In this document: one piece after another, positions 49,564 to 63,764 of the stretch
How positions within the stretch are numbered: position 1 is the first letter of the stretch
Layout: every line of letters starts with the position of its first letter
From: Octopus sinensis
Lineage: Eukaryota
Reading direction: 5' to 3'
DNA length: 64,000 bases
Assembly (NCBI RefSeq): GCF_006345805.1
Contig: NC_042997.1
Coordinates: 129,952,001 to 130,016,000 of the forward strand
The notes under the pieces: generated by a model
Database searches by the model: none
Told to the model about the DNA's origin: nothing
The model's input: only the letters and a program-made list of their open reading frames with translations
Position numbers and translations under genes: made by a program

Positions 49564-52500
49564 ATGCAGGTTGTACTGAAGGCTACTTTACTACTTCATT
49601 TCTTGCACATGAATTCTGCCAAATGCGAGCTTTCTTTTCAGGTACACGAAGCTACTGTCCACCGTCCCAGGGTCTCTAGAGCCCATGCCTTCCACACCCT
49701 CAGGGTTGGCACCCTCAACGTTGGCACTCTGAAAGGTAGGTCTGGTGAGATAGTCGAGATGCTTGAACGGAGATGTGTGGATATATGTTGCATGCAAGAA
49801 ATAAGGTGGAGAGGAGGATCAGCTAGGTTCCTCACAGGCAAGGAACGCAGGTACAAGATTTTCTGGGCAGGGAACACTGACGGGGTTGGTGGCGTGGGTA
49901 TACTTATCGCTGAGAAATGGGTAGATAAAGTAATTGAGGTAATCAGAGTAAGTGACAGAATACTTAAGATTAGATTAGTGCTTCATCATAGTTTAGCAAC
50001 CATTATATCAGCCTATGCTCCTCAGTCGGGGCTACCCAATGGACAGAAAGACCGATTCTATGACACTCTACTGCAGACTACCTCATTGACGAACGACAGA
50101 GACCTTATCTTTGTGGCTGGTGACTTCAATGGTCACGTTGGACGACATGCTGGGGGCTTCCATGGCGTACATGGAGGCTATGGCTATGGCTCCCGCAACG
50201 AGGAGGGAACCAGGTTGCTGGAGTTCTGCGATGCAAATAATCTTATGATTTGCAACACTAACTTCAGGAAACCTACCAGCCACCTAGTCACTTACCAATC
50301 GGGCCAACATACCAGCCAAATTGACTACATCCTTACAAGGCAAAGGGAGAGATGGCTGCTTATAAATGCCAAAACCTTCCCAGGTGAAGAATGTACCCCA
50401 CAACATAGACTGGTAGTTAGTGACTTTAGGATCAGGACTAGGAGGACAACCAGAAGACGACAAATATGGAGAAGAAGGATCTGGAAGCTTAAAGATCCTG
50501 CAAATGGACAGAGATTTAGGGACATATTACTTGAAGCCTCTGACGAAGTAGAAGGGGATAGAGCATCACAGGGGGTAGAAGACAGCTGGACGTTTCTAAG
50601 GGACAACCTGCTGAGAGCCACTGACCAGATCTGTGGCTGGTGCAAAGTCCCCTCTCGACCTAGAATAACGTGGTGTTGGAACAATATTGTAGACAGGGCT
50701 ATTAGAGAAAAGAGACCGGCTTGGAAGGTCTGGAAAAATGGGGGTAGCAGGGAATTGTATCAGACTGCCAAAAGAGAAGCTAGGAGACAGGTTTATTTAG
50801 CCAGAGGGGAAGCAGATAAGAAAAAATTTGCCAATGTTCTGCGCCGTGAGGACCAAAGACTGGAGGTGTTTTTGTTGCAAGACAGTGTGTGAGAGAGAAT
50901 CGTGATGTGGTAGGAGAGAAGTGTGTTCGCATGGAAGATGGTTCACTTGCGCTAAATGAGGATGCAAAGAGAGAGGTTTGGAGATGCCACTATGAAAGGT
51001 TGCTGAATGAAGAAAATGAATGGGATAAAGAGAGTCTGCCGAATGTTGACCCAACAGAGGGACCAGCTATCCGAGTTGATAGTTCTGTGGTAGCTAAGGC
51101 AATTAGAAGCATGAAGACAGGGAAAGCCCCAGGACCATCAGGAATCACTGCAGAGATGCTCAAAATGTCTGGTAGTGTCGGCTATAGCCTAGTCACCCAT
51201 ATAGTTAATCAGGTGATACACAAAGGGGTCATACCCAATGACTGATGTAGCAGTATAATAGTCAACTGCTACAAAGGTAAAGGTGATGCCCTAGATACAA
51301 ATAACTACAGAGGTATCAAGCTGTTGGACCAGGTGATGAAGGTTACGGAGAGGGTCATAGCCCAACTAATTAGAGAGAGAGTTAGTTTAGATGAGATGCA
51401 GTTTGGGTTTGTGCCAGGGAAAAGTACTACTGATGCTATATTCCTGGTAAGGCAGCTGCAGGAGAAATACCTAGCCAAAGATAAGCCCCTGTACCTGGCT
51501 TTTGTTGACATGGAGAAAGCCTTCGACAGGGTCCCCCAATCCCTTATCTGGTGGGCAATGAGAAAACTAGGGATAGATGAATGGTTAGTGAGAGCTGTGC
51601 GGGCCATGTATAGGGACGCCGCTAGTAGGGTGAGGGTTGGAAATGAGTACAGTGAAGAATTCCGGGTAGAGGTAGGGATCCACCAAGGCTCAGTACTCAG
51701 CCCCCTCCTATTTATCTTAGTCCTCCAGGCAATAACGGAGGAATTCAAGACAGGATGCCCTTGGGAGCTCCTCTATGCTGATGACCTTGCTCTAATTGCT
51801 GAGTCGCTATCAGAACTGGAGGAGAAGTTTCAGGTGTGGAAACAAGGATTAGAATCGAAGGGCCTCAGAGTCAATCTAGCTAAAACCAAAGTCGTAATCA
51901 GTAGGAAGGTAGACAAATCACAAACACCTTCAGGTAGATGGCCCTGCTCGATCTGTAGAAAAGGTGTAGGTAGAAACTCTATAAGATGCACCAAGTGTAA
52001 GCTATGGACACATAAGAGATGCAGCAATGTCAAAGGAAGGCTAACTAGGAAGATGGTTTTTGTATGTGGCAGATGCTCAGGAACAATAAACACTGAAAAT
52101 GCTCTGAGACCAACTTCCGTCACTTTCCAGGGAGAAAAACTAGAAATAGTTGATAGTTTCCGTTACCTAGGTGACCAAGTCAGCAGCGGGGGCAGGTGTG
52201 CTGAAAGTGTAACTGCTAGAGTAAGAATAGCTTGGGCAAAGTTCAGAGAGCTCTTACCTCTGCTGGTGACAAAAGGCCTCTCGCACAGAGTGAAAGGTAG
52301 ACTGTATGATGCGTGTGTATGAACAGCCATGCTACATGGCAGTGAAACATGGGCCGTGACTGCTGAGGATATGCGTAAGCTCGCTAGAAATGAAGCCAGT
52401 ATGCTCCGATGGATGTGTAATGCCGGTACTCACACTCGGCAGAGTGTAAGTACCTTGAGAGAAAAGCTGGACCTAAGAAGCATCAGTTGTGGTGTGCAAG

Positions 52501-52730
52501 AGAGACGTTTGCGCTGGTATGGTCATGTGGCGAGAATGGATGAAGATAGTTGTGTGAAAAAGTGCCACACCCTAGCGGTTGAGGGAACCTGTGGAAGAGG
52601 CAGACCCAGGAAAACCTGGGACGAGGTGGTGAAGCACGACCTTCGAACTTTAGGTCTCACTGAGGAAATGACTAGAGACCGAGACCTCTGGAAGTGTGCT
52701 GTGCGCGAGAAGACCCGGCAGGACAAGTGA
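49564..52730 (+). pseudogene. RTE APE-RT ORF with one frameshift (~50870) and two in-frame stops (51243, 52320)
   Basis: APE motifs GTLNVGTL, MQE, YAPQ, AGDFNGHVG, IDYIL; RT motifs as in the 38-kb copy; PHD at 51945-52076. Lesions were inferred by comparison with the intact 38-kb copy. Confidence 0.95.
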
Positions 52731-53339
52731 GTCCACAACCCGTGGCCTTCTACATGGGATGGAGCCAGCTTACGTATGCATACCTTCCCTACTTGGGACA
52801 CAAAACTCTACTTGTGAAGACGTGTTGAGGCAAGTGAGGATCAGAATCGAAATCGATCAATGGAAATTGCGGATGTGCTACCAGTGCCGGTGGCATGTCG
52901 AAACTCTGCTTGTGAAGACCCATTGAGGCAAGTGAGGATCAGAATCGAAATCGATCAATGGAAATCGATCAATGGAAATTGCAGATGTGTTACCAGTGCC
53001 GGTGGCATGTAAGAGAACTTTCCGTTTCGCGACCGTTGCCAGCACCGCCCCGTTTCGTGTCCGTTGCCAGCCTCGCGTGCCCTCGTGCCGGTGGCACATA
53101 AAAAGCACCATCCGTTCGTGGCCGTTTGCCAGCTCTGTCTGGCACCAGTGCGGGTGGCACGTAAAAAGCACCCACTACACTCACGGAGTGGTTGGCGTTA
53201 GGAAGGGCATCCAGCCGTAGAAACACTGCCAGATTTGACTGGGCCTGATGAAGCCTTCTGGCTTCACAGACCCCAGTAGAACCGTCCAACCCATGCTAGC
53301 ATGGAAAACGGACGCTAAATGATGATGATGATGATGATA
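49564..53339 (+). mobile_element. Near-full-length RTE LINE, subfamily 1
   Basis: APE, RT with PHD finger, 3' UTR with a 98-bp duplication and hairpin units, (GAT)n tail. Confidence 0.97.
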
Positions 53340-54134
53340 TATATATGCATGTGTGTGTGAGTGTATGTATGTGTGTGTATACATACCTAGAGACACATGC
53401 ATATATGTCATATATGCATGTGTGTGTGTATGTCTGCATATATATATTTATATATAGTGCATGTATATCTTAGTATATTACAAAAAATTCAATAGTATCT
53501 TTTGTTTAGAAACACTTCATTCAGTATATGCGTGTGTGTTCATGTGAGTATGTGTTCACGTGTATATGTGTGCACATGTGTGTAGACAAAGTAAGTCATG
53601 GAATGAAACAAAGCTTATTAGATATAAATGGAGTTGAAAGAAACCAGTGGAAAATTCACTCCCTTTCTCTCATTCTCTTTGTCTCTGTCTCTTTCTCTCT
53701 CTCACACACACCACACACACACCTACTCCCATACAGACACACACTAATTGTTACTCATAAAACATGAAGGTCAACTTGTCAGTTATTAATTAATATATAT
53801 TATATTAATAACTTGAAGTTATTAAAGGTATTTCATAGTAAAATAGGTAAGTGCTAACAGATGTTACAATTTCTGAAACAATTATTGATATAATCTCTAA
53901 ACCTCTTTCATAAACTGAACTGATTGACAAGCAGAAGATATGTCCAAATTTCAATGAGTTATTTATTTACTCAGCTTTGTGCTGCCATCTCCATATAAAC
54001 GTCAGTAGGTAGCAACTATTTCACAAACCCACAGGGACCCTTTTGTTACCTATTTCTGTTGAAATATGCTACCTTTGCTTAAATTTTTTTTAATAATACT
54101 TAAGACTTTAGCAGAATAATTTTGTCATCATTAA

Positions 54135-54350
54135 CCCTTTTGTAACTGTATTTATTTTGAGATGCTCTGTGTTTCTTTCAATTAATTTTAAATATAACAA
54201 AGAATTTAGTAAAATACCTTAGTTATCATTAAGCTAGTGTTAGGAACATAAATAGTGACTAAAGTTTGGTAGAAGATTTTAATTCAAAACTTATGAAAAC
54301 AAGACATTTTTACTACAGAGCCAGTTTCAGCCTGGTTGGTAATGAAAGGG
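54135..54350. mobile_element. TTAA-flanked piggyBac-like MITE, family 1
   Basis: TTAA|CCCTTT...GTAATGAAAGGG|TTAA. Second copy at 59603-59822 (TTAA|CCCTTTCATTAC...GTAATGAAATGG|TTAA). Confidence 0.8.
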
Positions 54351-54581
54351 TTAAGATGGTGCTTAGAAAAAAAATTTACATGAAATTTTAATGGGAAGTT
54401 TAATTTAGAGAGGAAATTTGTATCACTGAAGCAAGGGCATTCTCAGGCAGGTTGGCATTAAAATGGTTAAACAGCATTGGAAACTTGAAGATATTGATTT
54501 TTTTTCTCAGACACAAAGCCACAGCTATCTCCTTAGTTTTTTATTTTTATGTTGAATGGTGATTGTGGTGGAGGGACTGAA

Positions 54582-54585
<4 letters not shown>

Positions 54586-54615
<30 letters not shown>

Positions 54616-55300
54616 GTTTAACGTCCGTTTTCCATGTTAGCATGAGTTGGATGATTTGACTGAGGACTGGCAAACTAGATGGCTGCACCAGGCTCCAATC
54701 TGATCTGGTAGAGTTTCAACAGCTGGATGCCCATTCTAATGCCAACCACTCTGAGAGTGTAGTGAGTGCTTTTATGTGCCACCGGCATGAGGGCCAGTCA
54801 GGCGGTACTGGCAACGGCCACACTCAGATGGTGTTTTTTACATGCCACCTGCACAGGAGCCAGTGCAGCGGCACTGGCAACAACATCGCTCGAATATTTT
54901 TTCACGTGCCACTGGCATAAGTGCCAGTAAGGCAAAACTGGTAACAATCACACTCGAATGGTGCTTTTTATGTGCCACCGGCATGGAAGCAAATTAGTTG
55001 CTCTGGCAATGATCACACTTGGATGGTGGTCTTAGCACTCCACTAGCACGGATGCCAGTCATCGAATTTGATTTCAATTTCACTTGCCTCAACAGGTCTT
55101 TGCAAGCAGAGTTTAGTGTCCAATGAAGGGAAGGTATGCATAAGTGGGCTGGTTGAACCCCTGGCATAGGCCACGAGGTTATGGTCTCACTTGGCTTGCT
55201 GGGCCTTCTCATGCACAACATATTTCCAAAGGTCTCGGTCACTAGTCATTGCCTCGGTGAGGCCTAATGTTCGAAGATCGTGCTTCACTATTTCATCCCA
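54586..55300 (-). mobile_element. 3'-end RTE copy, third subfamily
   Basis: Antisense WDEIVKHDLRTLGLTEAMTSDRDLWKYVV plus UTR with about six units and (GAT)n. Confidence 0.9.
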
Positions 55301-56744
55301 TCAAACTCACTATATGACAGAGGCTTATTATATCAACACAGAATGAGGAAAATAAACGTAAACCTCAATAGGTTCGAATTCTGAAAGTAAAGGTCCACAA
55401 CCTAATACTGTAAGACATCTCGTCTGCTGGTCTAATAATTCTGCCAACAGCCCCTATTCTATGCTCTTTGTCTTTTAGGGGTATTGCTAATAATCTTGTA
55501 ATAGCTCAGCTACAAAAAAATAAGCAATTTCGGGTGATAGCATGATGATGAATATGAAGTAGTTAACTGTCTTGTTTCAATCTTGTAACTGATATATATA
55601 TATTTAGTATTGACGTACAATTATACATTGGTTTATACAAATAAAGAAAAACTCACACTCATCATTGTCATCAGGATCATCATTGTCATTGTCATCATCA
55701 TGATCATCATTCAATGTCTGTTTTCCATAAAGGTGTGGGTTGGACAGTTTGACAGAATCCAATGGTCCAAGATTGCACCATACTCCAAAGTCTGCTTCAG
55801 CATAGTTTCTACAGCTGGATGCCCTTCTTAATACTAACCACTATACAGTGTGTGCTGGGTGCTTTATTTGTGCCACCAGCACTACTGAGGTTGCCATTTA
55901 GCTTGCAAACCTACTAACTCATACGTTTGTACATACATACTTACATCAAAACTTCTGTCAAATGTAAACATAACAGGCCAAATATTGTCTTTTGGGACAG
56001 AGAGGCAAAGGTAGATACCATCATAGAGGTACTACCTACCCTGCAGATATAAATATCTCTTTGAATATCAAAGAAAAAGAGGATATCTATGGACAACTGT
56101 TTTGAAACCTCCAGCTTCTATATCCAGATTATGAATTTATATTCATACCAATAATAATTGGAGCACTAGGTTTTGTTAGCAAATGCTTAAAGGAGAATCT
56201 GGGGTAACTAGGATTTTCAAAAAGAAAAATTGACCAACTAATTCGTACATTACAAGTCCAATCTGTGAGTGGAACAGTAAAAATATGCAAGACTTTTCTC
56301 AAGTTCCAAATGTGAGTTTGTCTATGTTAACTACATCCGAGAGATGGGGCCTTGTATCTTTGTTGGAAACCAGCTCCCTCCTCAGTGGAAGATTTATAAT
56401 AAATAAAAAAAATAGAAGAGACTTGCATACATGCTGTGCTTGAGGAGCATCATCAAGCCAAGTGAAATCATAGCTGTAGTCGATGCCCATGTCACACAAC
56501 TTGCACCTGTGCGGGTGACTCGTAAAAAGCATCCATTACACTCTTGGAGTGGTTGGCATTAGGAAGCATATCTAGCCATAGAAACCATGCTAAATCAGAT
56601 TGAAACCTGGTGCAGCTCTTCAGCTTACCAGTTTCAGTCAAACTGTCTAATCCATGCCAGTATAGAGAGCAGATACTAAATGATGATGATGATGATGATA
56701 TATATATATATGTATATATAAATTAAAAACGAGGAAGGTAGGTT

Positions 56745-56810
56745 TATGGGATTACCTTAGGTTTTCTCATCCATAAAGAGTTGAGCTTTATGGCATATCG
56801 TCAGATCCCA
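56745..56810 (-). ncRNA. Type-I hammerhead ribozyme motif with extended stem II
   Basis: TGGGAT CTGACGA TATG CCATAAAG CTCAACT CTTTATGG ATGA GAAA(A) CC TAA GG TA ATCCCA: 6-bp stem I, canonical core, GUA site. One extra A and an imperfect stem II base. Confidence 0.7.
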
Positions 56811-56863
56811 AAACCTGTTGGCTCATGACCTATTTTGAGGAGGTCATGGTTCAACAGGTTTTG
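56809..56863. other. 23-bp near-perfect hairpin abutting the hammerhead
   Basis: CAAAACCTGTTG GCT CATGACCT [9-nt loop] AGGTCATG GTT CAACAGGTTTTG. Confidence 0.8.
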
Positions 56864-57996
56864 ATTACGATGAAAGTAAACAAACAAATGAAGTTTGCTT
56901 TAGAAGCATTGAGATGTCTTAGAAAGTTAAAGAAGTGATTTTTTTTTAATTCTCAAACAGGATAATGCTTATAATAGAGCCTGAACAGGATAAACTACCC
57001 CTATTTTGCAGAGAAACTTTATTATTTGTAAATCTCTCAATGAGAGATATACAGTAACAGTACTTTAAAGTATAGATTATTTGCCAACATAATGTGGCAG
57101 TCCCGTTGGGATGAATATTACTGTTGTTTTAGCCCCAGGAATCTTTACTTTCATCATCATCATCCTCATCATTATTTAACATCCGTTTTCCATGCTGGCG
57201 TGGGTTGGACAGTTTGACTGAGGACTGGTAAACCAGATGGCTGCACCAGGTTCCAATCTGATCTGGCAGAGTTTCTACAGCTGGATGCCCTTCCTAAAGC
57301 CAACCACTCCAAGAGTGTAGTGGGTGCCTTTACGTGCCACTGGCATGAGGGCCAGTCAGGTGGTACTGGTGACGGTCACACTCAAATGGTGTTTTTTATG
57401 TGCCACCTGCACAGTAGCCAGTCCAGCAGCACTGGCAATGACCTTGCTCAAATGTTGTTTATCACATGCCACCGGCACAGGTGCCAGTAAGGCAACGATG
57501 GTAACGATCATGCTCGAATGGTGCTTCTTATGTGCCACCAGCACAGGAGCCAGTCAGTGGCCCTGGCGACGATCACACTCAGATGGTGTTTTTAACATTC
57601 CACTGGCACGGGTGCTAGTCAGATGGTGCTGTCATCAGCCACATCAGTGAATTTGATTTTGATTGATTTTACTTTATATATATGTGTGTGTGGAGACACA
57701 TGGCCTAGTGGTTAGAGAAGCGGACTCACAGTTGAGGGATAGCGGGTTCAAATCTCAGACCAGGCAATGTGTGTGTTTATGAGTGAAACACCTAAGCTCC
57801 ACTCGGCTCCGGCAGAAAGTAATGGCGAACTTCTGCTGACTCTTTTGCCACAACTTTCTCTCACTCTTTCCTCCTGCATCTTGCAGCTCACCTGCGAAGG
57901 AACAGTGTCCCGCCCAGGTGTGGAATCCATATGCTAAGGAAACCAGGAAACCAGCCCTTATGAGCCAGGCATGGCTTGAGAAGGAGCAAACAAATA

Positions 57997-58050
<54 letters not shown>

Positions 58051-59864
58051 TACCCATGCTAGCATGGAAGGCAGATGTTAAGGAATGATGATGATATGTA
58101 TATATATGTATCATTATCTTCATGTATCATCATCTCCATGATCATCATCTTCATCAATTTGACATTTTCTTTCTATGCTTGCATGTGTAAAATGAGAGTA
58201 CATTGGGACAGAGCTTTGCAACAGTTGAATGCCCTTCCTGAAGCCAACCCCCTCCTGTTTCCAAGTAAGATAATAATCTCTCAGTTTATCAAACAACAAA
58301 CAGTTCGGACATGATTTTATAGAGAGCTCGTAACAAGCAACACTTATGAATGAGCCTTTTGTTAAAGATCATGCAACATGTCAAAGCAAGTGAAGCAGTC
58401 TGGACATGCTTTTACTGTGGACTGCAATTAAATGACACTGTGTGTATGAATAGTGAGGCCTTTCTTTACAATCAATGAACATGTGTGAAGATGATGGGAG
58501 ATGCAAAACTGTGCATGCAAACACACATGCACATACACACACACACACACACACAAGCACACATACATTCACATGCGCACGCACACACAAGCATACATAC
58601 ACTTATATGCACACACACACACACATACATATACTGCAGGCACAAGAATAGATGGGGGGGGGGCAGGAATAGTAGGTTTGGTCCACCCCAGGTGGCACTT
58701 TTAAAGGGGCAGCACTCTTGGGTCTGCTGTAGGCAATATATGTTTTTTGTGAGGTCTGAGGACTGCAAACAGAAGGGCTGCCCCAGGTGGTACCCACTTT
58801 AGCTATGTTAGTGACTGTAGAGGATGGGTTCTTTTATTTACCATGTACCAAAATCTGCTTACAAGGCTTTAATTGCCCTTGGGTTATAGTAGCAGATGTT
58901 TGCCCAATGTGCTACTCTGTGGGTCTGAATCCCAAACCATGTGGTTAGGAAGCAAAAAGCTTAACCACACAGCTTTGCTTAGATCTACACTTAACCACAA
59001 AGTTATTCCTGCATCTATTCTTGCCCAAGAGCATTTGCACGGTGGCATTGATGATTATGGTAATGGTGGTGGTGATGATGATGATAATCAAGATGATATT
59101 TTGATCAGTTCGATCTCCAATCGTCAGCTGATGTCTTTACCTCGATGAGTCAGCTAACTAGTGAATTGAAGTGTTATTTACACGTAGTTTAGAAAAGAAA
59201 CTTACTTACTCGTCTTGAATCCAGTCTGGTACTATATGCATATTTTGGAATAAGCCATGTGTTGACAACTGGAGATTAAATTAACCAAAACAAAGTATAG
59301 ATATATATAGTACAGACATAAATATTTTTTTTTTTTAATCTCTCTTTGCTGAAGATGAAATTAACAATCTGTAAAACTATAATTGTAATAATTACTCATT
59401 TTAAATATTTAGCCATTTAACCCAAATTATAGGGTGCTGACAGTTAAACTGTAAATGGCAGATAAACTTATTTTATATTAATTCTCAAATTATAAAGACA
59501 AGATAAAATAATTCCAATGAGTTGAAATAAAATAGATAAAATGATTATTATTTCAAAGTGAATTATAAAGAAAGAATATTGGTAGTTTCTTTTGTATGTT
59601 AACCCTTTCATTACTGTATTTATTTTGAGATGCTCTCTGTTTCTTTCAATTACTTTAAATATAACAAAGAATTTAGTAAAATAACTTAGTTATCATTCAG
59701 CAAGTGTTAGGAACATAAATTGTGACTAAGGTTTGGTGGAAGATTTTAATTCAAAACTTATGAAAACAAGACATTTGTACTCAGAGCCAGAGCCGGTTTC
59801 AGCTGGGTTGGTAATGAAATGGTTAAGGGTTGAAGGATGTGTCATTCATAATTTACATTATCTT

Positions 59865-60395
59865 GACATGTGGTTTAGTGGTTTGAGTATTTGGCTCATG
59901 ATCATAAGGTTGCAAGTTCAATTCCCAGCAGTGTATTGTGTCCTTGAGCAAGAAACTTTATTTTACATTGCTCCAGTCCACTCAGCTGGCAAAAGTGAGT
60001 AACACCTGTATTTCAAAGGGCCAGCCTTGACACATTCTGTGTTATGCTGAATCTCCCTGAGAGCTACATTAAGAGTACCATTTGAGCATGGCCATTGCTA
60101 GTACCGCCTGACTGGCCCTTGTGCTGGTTGCACGTAAAAGCACTCACTATACTCTCGGAGTAGTTGGCGTTAGGAAATGCATCCTGGTGTAGAAGCACTG
60201 CCAGATCAGATTGGAGCTGGTGCAGCCATCTGGTTCGCCACTCCTCAGTCAAATCATCCAACCCATGCAGACGTTAAACGATGATGATGATGATGTCTGT
60301 GGAATGCTCTGCCACTTGCATGCTAATTTCACAAGCAGACTGTTCTGTTGATCAGATCAACTGGAAACCTCATCACCATAACCAACCAAGTGCTA
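59865..60395 (+). mobile_element. tRNA-derived SINE family D with a nested RTE tail (60078-60294)
   Basis: TGGTTTAGTGGT / AAGTTCAATTCCC boxes and TGTGTCCTTGAGCAAG core. The SINE resumes as GTCTGTGGAATG after (GAT)n. Confidence 0.75.
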
Positions 60396-62674
60396 GTTTT
60401 TTGTCTTGATGGTGGTGGTGGTGGTGGTGGTGGTGAGGATGACGATGATGATGATGATGAGGAGGAGGAGGAGAAGGACGAGGAGGAGGAGGAGATGGTG
60501 GTGCAGCATCAGCAGCAGCAAGAAGAGAAATTTTATGAACGTATCAAATATTTTTGATACTTTCATTGAATAGGGTTTATAATTTGACATTGTTTGCTTG
60601 ATGAGTAAAAGTAAATAAATAAATCAAAACAACAGTGCTGACATCTATGTGTTCCAGCAAACTTTTTGTTGGATGATTTCACTGAACTTCTTTAATGCTG
60701 CAGATTAGAATGTTTTATAGATTTTTTCTTTTTCTTCTCACATCTGTTAAACTTTAACTCATTTGGGATGCTGTTGTTCTTCCTACTCACATACATTCAC
60801 ATTTCTGCATGGTAACATTAAACTTCTACATCCCCATAATCACCATCACCATTAAGATCAGCATCACTATCGATATCACCACTGCTGCCACTGCTGCTGC
60901 CGCTACCACTGTCACTGCCACCACCACCACCACTACTGCTGCCACCAGCACTACCACCACCACCACCACCAACATCACCACCATCACCAACATTGTGCTT
61001 TCAGTTCCTATTTTTATGTCCCACCATATAATATGAATATGTTGTGATGTAAAGGAACATATGCCAGTTTTGAAGTTCTAAGCCCTTCAAAGACAAGGAT
61101 CCACAAGTAGATATTTTAGCTCAGCAATGTCACATGGTGAAGTTGTGGTCCTAATACTCACAAAGGTGAATGACCTAAACCTTTCAATGAGGGCTGTAGC
61201 TTTGTGATATCTATTTTCTGCCCACCACAGCAGCAGCAGCAATAGCAACAACAACAACAACAGTGGAGGCACAATGGCCCAGTGGTTAGGGCTACGGACT
61301 CACGGTTGTAAGAACACGGTTTCGATTCCCAGACCAGGTGGGGGGGGGGTGAACCCGTCTGTACTCTTTCACCACAGCTTTCTCTCACTCTTTCTTCCTA
61401 CTCCTGCTACAAAGCAGAGGAACCATGGTGTAATATACTATGGTGTGGTAAACTTTCAGACCCTAGTCTAGATTGCGAATCCGCTGTACCCCAGGATGGT
61501 TCAGCTCTCCACCCGCTAAAAGCCACCGTTTACGGAATGAGGATAACAACGTAGCTTTCGAGCCTGTCTATCGCAAGTGGTGGGTGGATCTTCAAGTTGC
61601 CGCATGCATTCTTAGAATCTTAGAGTAGGCTCGAATTAGAGATTATTCTTTGTGGCTAATGGCGTGAGTCCTGATTGGAAGAAGAAGAAGAAGAAGACAG
61701 CAGCAGCAGCAGCAACAACAACAATTGCTTTACACTTTGACACAAGGCCAGCAATTTTAAGGAAAACCAGCCTCAGTGTTCAACTGGTTCTTATTTTATC
61801 ATACTCTAAAAAGGATGAAAAGGTTGGCCCTGGTAGGATTTGAACACAGAATATAAAGATCCAATAGAAATGTCAATAAACATTTTGTCCAGCATTCTGA
61901 TGATTCTGCTAGCTCACCATCTTAAATTCTGCCAGCTCGCTGCCTTATAATGCACTACAAGTCATTAGGACAGGATAAAAGCAGGGACAGAAAACAGCAA
62001 TAACTCAAGCAAAGAAAGACAGCAATGATAACCAAAAGATCATACACAGTACACAGAATAAAACACAAAAATTCAGGAGCCAAAAAATTTTTTATTAAAT
62101 GTTTAAAATTGAAACAGTTAATCATATATAATTTGGGCTTTCAATAGAAGCTGCTAAGCCAGAGCAGCTTTCCTAGATTGTAAAGACATGTATGCAGCAG
62201 TGAGTATTTTTATAATTTGGCAGTTTTCCTGCATCTTGGAAGCATGAAGATTTTCATAATTTCCTCCAATTGCAAATATGTAATCAGCCCGTTTGATTAA
62301 TCTTTATATCTCCACTTCTTAGACAAAATATTATAATTATTATAACTGTTATGAATCAAATTCACTCTAAATGTTTGAATTACCAGGAAATGTTCTAAAA
62401 TAACAGGTTTTACGGGTTCAATCAAAATTTTTTGTTTCCAATCAGCTACTGGAATTAGTGACCTGAAGATTCTTCGCTAAAACAATAAATCTGAAAATAT
62501 AACTGAAAACTGTAGGCACAGGCATAGCTGTTTGGTAAGAAAGTTGTTTCCCAAACACATGGTTCTGGGTTCATCCCACTGTGTGGAACCTTGGGCAAAT
62601 GTCTTCTACTATAGGTTCAGGTCAACAAAAGCCTTGTGAGTGAATTTGGTAGATGGAAACTGAAAGAAACTTAT

Positions 62675-62709
<35 letters not shown>

Positions 62710-63764
62710 ATGTATGTATGTATGTATGTATGTATGTATGTATGTATGTATGTATGTATGTATGTATGTATGTATGCATGTATGCATGCATGTATATATT
62801 ATTATCTTTGTCTGTCTTGTCTTGCAAGTTACTTGGTGATCCTGCTAGTGCTTGTGCCACATAAAAAGCATCCAATCCACACTGTAAAGTGGTTGGCATT
62901 TGGAAGGGCATCCAGCTGTATAAACCATGCCAAACTGACATTGCCTGTGCTTGTGCCACATAAAAAGCACTCAGTCCCCTCTGCTGAATGGTTGATGTTA
63001 GGAAGGGCATCCAGCCATAAAAATCCTGCCAAAGGCCTCAATGAATTCTATTTGACCCATGGGAGCATGAAAAAAGTGGATGTCAAACTGTCATGTTAAT
63101 GATGACATGTGAGCCAAACTGCACACTTCTCTATTTTTTCCTTGGTTCCACTTCTTACTTCTCAGAATTATTTCATAGACATTACAGTTCAATGAACAAA
63201 ATTTGTAAAATACCACTGCATCTTGATTTTTAAAAGAGTATTTAGCTTAGCACATTAACAATATGCATAACCACAGTTATAGCCATACATACAAATACAT
63301 ACAAACTCTTTTACTCTTTCTTTTACTTGTTTCACTCATTTGACTGCAGCCATGCTAGAGCACCGCCTTTTAGTCAAAGAAATCAACCTCAGGACTTATT
63401 CTTTGTAAGCCTGGTACTTATTCTATCAGTCTGCTTTTTGCCGAACCACTAAGTTACAGGGATGTAAACACAGCAACATCAGTTGTCAAGCGATGATGGA
63501 GGCAAGAAATACATACAGAGGACACACACACACACTCATATATATATATATATATATATACGTATATATGATGGGCTTCTTTTCAATTTCCCTTTACCAA
63601 ATCCACTCACAAGACTTTGGTTGGCATGAGGCTACAGTAGAAGACACTTGTCCAAGGTGCTACACAGTGGGACTGAACCCGGAACCATGTCCTTGGGAAG
63701 CAAGCTTCTTTCCACACAGCCATATTTGCACCTATTTATTTATATATATATATATAGTTGGAAT

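Noticed and set aside
49400-49620. HDV-like ribozyme in the RTE 5' region
   Set aside because: A partial P1/P4-like pairing is visible, but no P3/L3 or P2 could be built by eye; it needs a descriptor search.
61555-61670. HDV-like fold around GAGCCTG/TAGGCTC and GGCTAAT
   Set aside because: No L3 with the P1.1 CC, and no convincing P2.
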